The position numbers and the translations under genes are program-made. Shown here one piece after another: positions 31,608-36,637 of a stretch of 36,637 nt of DNA; within the stretch, counting starts at the first letter, position 1; each line of letters opens with the position of its first letter. This DNA comes from an uncultured Prevotellaceae bacterium. GTDB lineage: Bacteria; Bacteroidota; Bacteroidia; Bacteroidales; Bacteroidaceae. The stretch lies in NCBI GenBank assembly GCA_947176655.1, contig CAMWRK010000001.1, positions 1-36,637 of the forward strand, written 5' to 3'. The notes under the pieces were generated by a model that had not been told where the DNA came from, did no database searches, and worked only from the letters and a program-made list of their open reading frames with translations.

Positions 31608-32876
31608 TTGATGACGAGAATCACCATAGCCTATGTGATTGCATTCTTCACAGTCCTTGCCGCGTTTGGCCAAAATACGGCCGACTCGACAAGGGTATAC
31701 TTTCGCGTAGGCGAGTGTCGGATTGATTCTGTACTGGAGAACAACCGGACATCATTGGAAGACTTCGTTGGAAAAGTCCGGAACGCTGTTGATGCCAACA
31801 ACATAGATCGTATCGTTGTACGCGCATACGCATCGCCGGACGGTTTCAACGCCACCAATGTGCGCCTGTCCGGACTCAGGTGCGACGCACTCGTAAAATA
31901 CATCATCGAAAACTCCGGTGTCAGCCCGGATCTGGTAGAAGCCGTTCCAGAAGGAATCGCCTGGACAGGATTACGCAACCTTGTTGAAGCAACGCCGGAG
32001 GTTCCGTCACGTGAAAAAATACTTGATGTTCTTGACAATACCCCGCTATGGGTGTTCGACTCCAGAGGCAGGGTAATCGACGGACGCAAGAAGCAGCTTA
32101 TGCAACTGGCTGCCGGTGTGCCATACCGATGGATGCAGGACAACCTTTTTCCCGCACTGCGCAATGCCGTAGCACTCGCTGTATATCTCAAACCTGCCGG
32201 CATCGTAACCACGGATACCATCATGACAGACAGTCTGCCACAACCGGAAACGGCTATTCACACAGATACACTGGTCATGACCGAAATAGCCGACACAACC
32301 GCTATGGCCGGCACACCTGCCCCGACCGGCAACACCACATCTGAACACAGCCATCGCTTCGCGCTCAAGACCAATATCCTGTACTATGCTGTCCTGATGC
32401 CCAATCTTGAATTCGAATGGTTGGTAAACGACCGCTGGTCTGTAGCTCTCGAAGGCAATGTGGCATGGTGGAGCAACGATGCAAAATACAAATACTACCG
32501 TCTGGCCACAATCACGCCGGAAGTGCGCCGCTGGATCAGACCGCGCAAACCGTGGCACGGCATGTACGTAGGCTTCTTTACCGGTGCCGGATTGTACGAC
32601 TTGGAAAACGGAAAGACAGGGTACCAAGGTGAAGGTGTCATGTCGGGGCTTTCTGTGGGCTACATGTGGCCTGTCGGGAAACACCTCTCACTCGAAGCCG
32701 GCATAGGCGCAGGATATATGTACACCAAATATCAGGAATACCTGCCCATTGAAGGACATTTCCTGTATCAGCGCACAAAATCCATGCACTACTTCGGCCC
32801 GCTGAAACTGAAGTTCTCCATTGCATGGCATTTCGGGAATATCAAGAAAACAAAGATAACCACCTCGGATCGATGA
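31608..32876 (+). CDS. DUF3575-like outer-membrane beta-barrel protein with an OmpA-like N-terminal region (pilus-locus associated)
   Basis: 422-aa ORF with a signal peptide (FFTVLAAFGQ). N-terminal segment VVRAYASPDGFNATNVRLSGLRCDALVKYI follows the OmpA-C-like pattern. The C-terminal ~180 aa (FALKTNILYYAVLMPNLEFEWLVNDRWSVALEGNVAWW...GPLKLKFSIAWHFG) match my recollection of DUF3575. The start could instead be the second Met at 31611. Confidence 0.75.
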   Translation: MMTRITIAYVIAFFTVLAAFGQNTADSTRVYFRVGECRIDSVLENNRTSLEDFVGKVRNAVDANNIDRIVVRAYASPDGFNATNVRLSGLRCDALVKYIIENSGVSPDLVEAVPEGIAWTGLRNLVEATPEVPSREKILDVLDNTPLWVFDSRGRVIDGRKKQLMQLAAGVPYRWMQDNLFPALRNAVALAVYLKPAGIVTTDTIMTDSLPQPETAIHTDTLVMTEIADTTAMAGTPAPTGNTTSEHSHRFALKTNILYYAVLMPNLEFEWLVNDRWSVALEGNVAWWSNDAKYKYYRLATITPEVRRWIRPRKPWHGMYVGFFTGAGLYDLENGKTGYQGEGVMSGLSVGYMWPVGKHLSLEAGIGAGYMYTKYQEYLPIEGHFLYQRTKSMHYFGPLKLKFSIAWHFGNIKKTKITTSDR

Positions 32877-33895
32877 AGCCCTCCGGATACCATATAAGTT
32901 CCATTCTGTTCGTCATGATGGCAATGCTGACATCGTGCCGTAATGAGTTATGCTATAACCATTACCACGCTGTCAAAGTAGAGCTTTCATGGGAACGCGT
33001 ATGGGAGCGCGACTATGGCATGTCCCTCGCAGCCCGATGGGATGCCGGAAAGTACGGTTTCGAATACTCGGCCATGAACCCCGCCCTGCCCGAATGGGTT
33101 AACCTTGTGAAATTCAATGGCGACGGCGTTCCCTCGGACAACTTCCTGACAATAAAAGGAGGCGAAATACATATCGAGAACTCCGGCGAAGAATCATTCC
33201 TTCTCTATAACGGCGACACGGAATACATTGTGCTTGAAGACATGGCCTCGCTGACAGATGCGCGCGCAACGACTACATCGCGTTCCCGTTCATCGTTGCA
33301 GTATCTGCAATCTCTTGCGCCGAACACACGCACTGCCAATCCGCCCGACCTGCTTTATGCCGCATACGTCGACAAACTGCCGTCTGTCAACCTCCACCAG
33401 GCCCTGACGATGCCAATAAGAATGCAGCCATTGGTATATACCTATATCATACGCTATGAATTTGAATACGGATTGCAGCACGTGGCAATCGCACGAGGTG
33501 CAATAGGCGGAATGGCAGAGTCCGTGTATCTGCGCAACGGTGTCACATCCGATGAGACGGCAATCCTGCTCTATGACTGCTTTCTTACAGACTATGGCTG
33601 CGAAGCACACGTGAGATCGTTCGGTGTGCCGTCGTTCCCGGACGAATACTACGGCAAGGCAAAAAAAGCACGCAACGACACACCGGTTGCCGTGAATCTG
33701 GAAGTGCGTCTGAAAAGTGGCAAATACATGGAGTTCAACTTCGATGTTTCCGATCAGATAAAGAATCAGCCTCGTGGCGGCGTTATTAATATAAAAGGTA
33801 TTCACATAGAGGACGAAGAAAACAAAGTGGACGCAGGATTCGATGTTGACGTATCGGGCTGGGACGACCCGATAAATATTGAGCTACCAATGTAA
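32873..33895 (+). CDS. DUF5119-like lipoprotein (pilus-locus accessory protein)
   Basis: ORF 32825..33895. I placed the start at MKPSGYHISSILFVMMAMLTSC (ATG at 32873), which gives a lipobox and an ATGA overlap with the upstream stop. The DUF5119 assignment is recall-based and uncertain. Confidence 0.6.
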   Translation: MKPSGYHISSILFVMMAMLTSCRNELCYNHYHAVKVELSWERVWERDYGMSLAARWDAGKYGFEYSAMNPALPEWVNLVKFNGDGVPSDNFLTIKGGEIHIENSGEESFLLYNGDTEYIVLEDMASLTDARATTTSRSRSSLQYLQSLAPNTRTANPPDLLYAAYVDKLPSVNLHQALTMPIRMQPLVYTYIIRYEFEYGLQHVAIARGAIGGMAESVYLRNGVTSDETAILLYDCFLTDYGCEAHVRSFGVPSFPDEYYGKAKKARNDTPVAVNLEVRLKSGKYMEFNFDVSDQIKNQPRGGVINIKGIHIEDEENKVDAGFDVDVSGWDDPINIELPM

Positions 33896-33975
33896 ATAAA
33901 TGAAAAACGAACAAAAACTGACATCACACATAGATTTATAACTTTAACTGATTAACCATCATAAACAAAAAAGCA

Positions 33976-35070
33976 ATGAAAAAAACATTTCTTGTAGCTT
34001 GTATGGGTGTTACCGCCATCACAAGTTGTACATCAACAGATGTAGTGGACCAAAGCGTACAGAGCAATGCCATCAGCTTTGAAAATGCAATCAAAAAGCC
34101 GTCACGTGCCGTTAGCGGTGATTTGACCCAGACTAACTTCGACCAGTTCTCAGTCTATGGTTACTATACCAAAACTGGCATGGAGGGGCATCCTATGCAG
34201 ATCTTCACCGGTGATTTGGTAAACAAAACAACAACTGATGGAAAAACATCATGGACTTATAATTCTGTCCGTTACTGGGTGCCAGATGCCAAATTCCATT
34301 TCTATGCCTACAGTTGCGGCGATATCGCTCTCGGTACAGGAAAGGGAAACGCATCTATGGTTTTGGCAGGAAGCAGCATGGATGACAGGGCACTGAAAAT
34401 CAATGACTATGTTTGTGACGCTGATCATCAGCATGACCTCATCACAGCAATGGCAGAAAACATTACCGGTCAGACCAGCGGAAACACGCCTGTGAAGTTT
34501 GTCTTCAAACATGCCCTTTGCAAAGTAAGTGCTGATTTTGTCAACGATTTTCCTGCCGGATACGACATTTATATTTCTGACGTGAAACTCACGAACTTCT
34601 ATGACAAAGCTAACTGCAGCCTGCGCAGCACAGTCACAACAGGCGATGACAATCGTGTCGTTGGAAACGTGTGGAGCAACCAATCACGTTCTGCCGACAA
34701 CAAGATAATTGCCATGGATTTAAAGACTGATAACAAGGCTACCTCTACAACAGAATATGGTGATAAGGCCACTAAAGTGGAGACACACGCCATATTTATG
34801 ATTCCCGTAGAGTACAACAACGCCAACGTAAACATTGAATTTACACTTTCTGTGAAACAAGGCGACGACGAGTTCCTGAACCGTACTATCAAAGGTACAT
34901 GGAGACCCGTTTGGGAGCCAGGAAAGGCATATAACTACATAGTACATATTACAGGAAACACCGCTCAGCTTGAGCCTATCGTATTCGAGGCCTCACACGA
35001 CATCACCGATGTCTCATCTCCTGACGGCTGGAATGCGGACATTATGACTGACATGAACTTCTCAATGTAA
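33976..35070 (+). CDS. fimbrillin-family (Mfa-like/FimA-like) type V pilin lipoprotein
   Basis: 364-aa ORF with lipobox AITSC. N-terminal strand plus conserved Arg: NAISFENAIKKPSR|AVSG (R44). The segments FSVYGYY, HDLITAMAENI and FVFKHALCKV are typical of Bacteroidales fimbrillin-family proteins. Confidence 0.8.
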   Translation: MKKTFLVACMGVTAITSCTSTDVVDQSVQSNAISFENAIKKPSRAVSGDLTQTNFDQFSVYGYYTKTGMEGHPMQIFTGDLVNKTTTDGKTSWTYNSVRYWVPDAKFHFYAYSCGDIALGTGKGNASMVLAGSSMDDRALKINDYVCDADHQHDLITAMAENITGQTSGNTPVKFVFKHALCKVSADFVNDFPAGYDIYISDVKLTNFYDKANCSLRSTVTTGDDNRVVGNVWSNQSRSADNKIIAMDLKTDNKATSTTEYGDKATKVETHAIFMIPVEYNNANVNIEFTLSVKQGDDEFLNRTIKGTWRPVWEPGKAYNYIVHITGNTAQLEPIVFEASHDITDVSSPDGWNADIMTDMNFSM

Positions 35071-35092
35071 TAATAGTATAAACAATCAAAGG

Positions 35093-35130
35093 TTGCGCCA
35101 CTCCTGACCATCGGGTGGCGCAATCTTTTT
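35093..35130 (+). terminator. rho-independent terminator after the fimbrillin gene
   Basis: TTGCGCCAC (35093-35101) and GTGGCGCAA (35115-35123) form a 9-bp stem with a 13-nt loop. The tail is TCTTTTT. Confidence 0.75.
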
Positions 35131-35214
35131 ATAAGTCGAATCATGAGCAGAATTGCCTTCTCCAGAAATGGCTCAGAACCGCCATGCAGAACCGTCCCGG
35201 CACCATTGCAATAG

Positions 35215-35373
35215 ACTTCTGTTTCATGGAACGTAGGTTATGACCTGAGCAACATACTTGAAAACGAACTGTACGACCTGCCGGCAATGCCCATCCTATA
35301 CCTTCTGGATAGCGACAAACGGGTACTTCTCAAAGATCCTGACGTCAGTCTTCTTTGCAGACAGACACGTTGA
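35215..35373 (+). pseudogene. 3' fragment of a thioredoxin-fold (TlpA/DUF5106-like) gene
   Basis: The frame ending at TGA (35371-35373) reads TSVSWNVGYDLSNILENELYDLPAMPILYLLDSDKRVLLKDPDVSLL. This resembles the C-terminal ..W..gyD....Yd..aiPtlYLLD.dk.vilKd end of Bacteroidales thioredoxin-like lipoproteins. The frame is closed by TAG at 35212-35214 and has no start or N-terminal half. Confidence 0.4.
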
Positions 35374-35423
35374 AGCACCACTGCAATGACACCGTTCTAA
35401 CATTTAGACATCCGTACACCCAC

Positions 35424-36173
35424 ATGTTAAAGCAGCAAATATACAATATCATCACTCGCGACAGAAGCGGACAGGCAGCAAGCCATATTTACGAACTGTA
35501 CATGCTCACGATGATTGTCACAAGCATCATCCCCCTGATGTTTGTTGACGACCGCATCATCTTCACCATTATTGAAATAGTCACCGTAAGCGCATTCACC
35601 ATCGACTACGTCCTGCGCTGGTACACATCGGACATAGAGATTCAGAAAGGATGGCACTCCTATCTTATATATCCGTTTACACTCATGGCAATAATGGATC
35701 TGCTCTCCATTCTGCCTGTGATAAACCTTATCAATCCCACGTTCAAGATATTGCGGCTCACGCGTCTGTTGAGAATTTTCAGCCTGATGAAACTCTTCCG
35801 ATATTCGGACAAGACCATAATGTTTCTGCACATACTGAAGAAAGAAAAACATGTCCTTTTGTCTGTTCTAGTACTGGCACTGCTGTATATTTTTGTCACA
35901 GCACTTGTAATGTTCAACGTAGAGCCACATATAAACCCGCACACAGGCAAGGAAACCTTCCACTCATTCTTTGATGCCCTCTACTGGGCTACCGTCACCC
36001 TCACCACCGTAGGCTATGGTGACATCTGCCCCGTTACAGAGACGGGCCGCATAGTCTCCATGCTGTCTTCCCTATTTGGTGTAGCCATCATCGCCTTACC
36101 ATCAGGTGTCATCACCGCCAGCTACCTTGAAGAACTGAAAGAATACCGCAACAGTAACTCCGAGGATGAGTAA
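35424..36173 (+). CDS. voltage-gated potassium channel (6-TM ion-transport family)
   Basis: ORF 35355..36173. I placed the start at MLKQQIYNII (ATG at 35424). S4-like helix: ILRLTRLLRIFSLMKLFR. K+ selectivity filter: TLTTVGYGD. Confidence 0.85.
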   Translation: MLKQQIYNIITRDRSGQAASHIYELYMLTMIVTSIIPLMFVDDRIIFTIIEIVTVSAFTIDYVLRWYTSDIEIQKGWHSYLIYPFTLMAIMDLLSILPVINLINPTFKILRLTRLLRIFSLMKLFRYSDKTIMFLHILKKEKHVLLSVLVLALLYIFVTALVMFNVEPHINPHTGKETFHSFFDALYWATVTLTTVGYGDICPVTETGRIVSMLSSLFGVAIIALPSGVITASYLEELKEYRNSNSEDE

Positions 36174-36543
36174 TATTAAGTTTATTGGTCACATTTATAA
36201 AAAACAAACTCAACGACAAACGTCAACACAAATGCAAGACGCGACATTATTCCAGCGTTAGCGGCATATTTACAGCATTTTGCTGTTCCATGCGACCACA
36301 TGGATTATATAGGGAACAGCCCTACAGAATGTCCATAGAGAGCCCACAGTAAGCCTGCAGAAACAAACAAGGAGAGAGGAGAAACAGAGAAAATAGAGCA
36401 TTCCGACAAATATATCAAGAAGAGCCCTCCGGAGCATTCCACAGAAAGAAAGAAGAGAGAGAAGAAAGAGGTGGCAAGAGATTTCCATGTCCAATCTCTC
36501 GCCGCCACCTCTCCATTCTCACTCCCTTCTCGCTCAAATGACG

Positions 36544-36580
36544 AAAAAAAGAGGCCGCCTGAACTCCCCAGACGGCCTCT
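36544..36580 (-). terminator. rho-independent terminator of the rRNA operon
   Basis: On the minus strand, AGAGGCCG, a 15-nt loop and CGGCCTCT are followed by a T-run. On the plus strand the stem arms are 36550-36557 and 36573-36580, and the A-run is 36544-36549. The element lies about 15 nt downstream of the 5S 3' end. Confidence 0.7.
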
Positions 36581-36595
36581 TCTCTCTCTAAAAAG

Positions 36596-36637
36596 ACGGC
36601 GGCTACCTACTCTCCCGCATTACGGTGCAGTACCATC
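36596..36637 (-). rRNA. rrf: 5S ribosomal RNA, 3'-terminal ~40 nt (partial; the rest is beyond the right window edge)
   Basis: The reverse complement reads GATGGTACTGCACCGTAATGCGGGAGAGTAGGTAGCCGCC. This corresponds to the conserved 5S 3' region (E. coli ..CCGATGGTAGTGTGGGGTCTCCCCATGCGAGAGTAGGGAACTGCC). The exact 3' end is uncertain by a few nt. Confidence 0.8.

Noticed and set aside
31631-32684. Minus-strand ORFs of 197 aa and 212 aa inside the DUF3575-like gene.
   Set aside because: They are antisense to a gene with a signal peptide, an OmpA-like motif and beta-barrel strands. They are Arg/Ser/Pro/His-rich with no motifs.
36270-36508. Two overlapping minus-strand ORFs (74 and 67 aa) encoding hydrophobic Leu/Phe/Cys/Ser-rich peptides.
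   Set aside because: They are translated from a pyrimidine-rich low-complexity tract immediately downstream of the rRNA terminator. They occupy alternative frames of the same DNA and have no ribosome-binding or promoter context. They are treated as compositional artefacts unless expression data say otherwise.
1-36637. Search for tRNA, tmRNA, riboswitch or other structured RNA genes in the intergenic regions (17915-18125, 18846-19018, 21660-22016, 31409-31607, 33896-33975, 36174-36595).
   Set aside because: I saw no T-loop (GGTTCGAATCC-like) or acceptor/anticodon architecture, and I recognised no conserved riboswitch cores by eye. Only the partial 5S rRNA at the right edge is supported. A covariance-model scan (Infernal/Rfam, tRNAscan-SE) would be needed to exclude others.

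Overview
The window looks like a Bacteroidales chromosomal segment. Evidence: TAnnTTTG-type promoter boxes, many lipoproteins, T9SS-like C-terminal tails, type V pilin genes and a 5S rRNA 3' end. Family names below come from reading the translations and from memory, not from a database search.

Gene order:
- Positions 1-21660 are entirely minus-strand: a TPR protein (partial), dut, a dgt-like HD hydrolase, a GNAT N-acyl amino acid synthase-like gene, two secreted proteins with possible T9SS tails, a membrane-embedded AraC-type regulator, the eight-gene operon described below (7792-17914), a secreted cyclophilin, a BspA-like LRR protein, an AT-rich orphan ORF and a decayed IS30-family transposase.
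- Positions 22017-36173 are entirely plus-strand: a C11 clostripain-like lipoprotein, an M24B Xaa-Pro aminopeptidase, an AT-rich NVEALA-like peptide gene with a 6-bladed beta-propeller lipoprotein gene, a secreted C1 peptidase, recJ, a recQ-family helicase, a compact type V pilus locus (DUF3575-like barrel, DUF5119-like lipoprotein, fimbrillin), a thioredoxin-fold gene fragment and a voltage-gated K+ channel.
- The right edge holds the terminator and 3' end of a minus-strand 5S rRNA.

Main candidate for an undescribed system: the ~10 kb, translationally coupled operon at 7792-17914. It encodes five paralogous DUF4493-like lipoproteins, three PCMD-like modules and one small outer-membrane beta-barrel. 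All five paralogues have a FimA-like N-terminus (lipobox Cys, one beta-strand, then a conserved Arg). That suggests a protease-matured, type V-pilus-like surface polymer carrying PCMD-like domains. This is a hypothesis, not a demonstrated function.

Secondary points of interest: the NVEALA-like/propeller islet, an Arg-specific-family C11 lipoprotein as a possible pilin maturase, simple-sequence tracts in promoter regions, and a 15-bp perfect inverted repeat inside the IS30 remnant.
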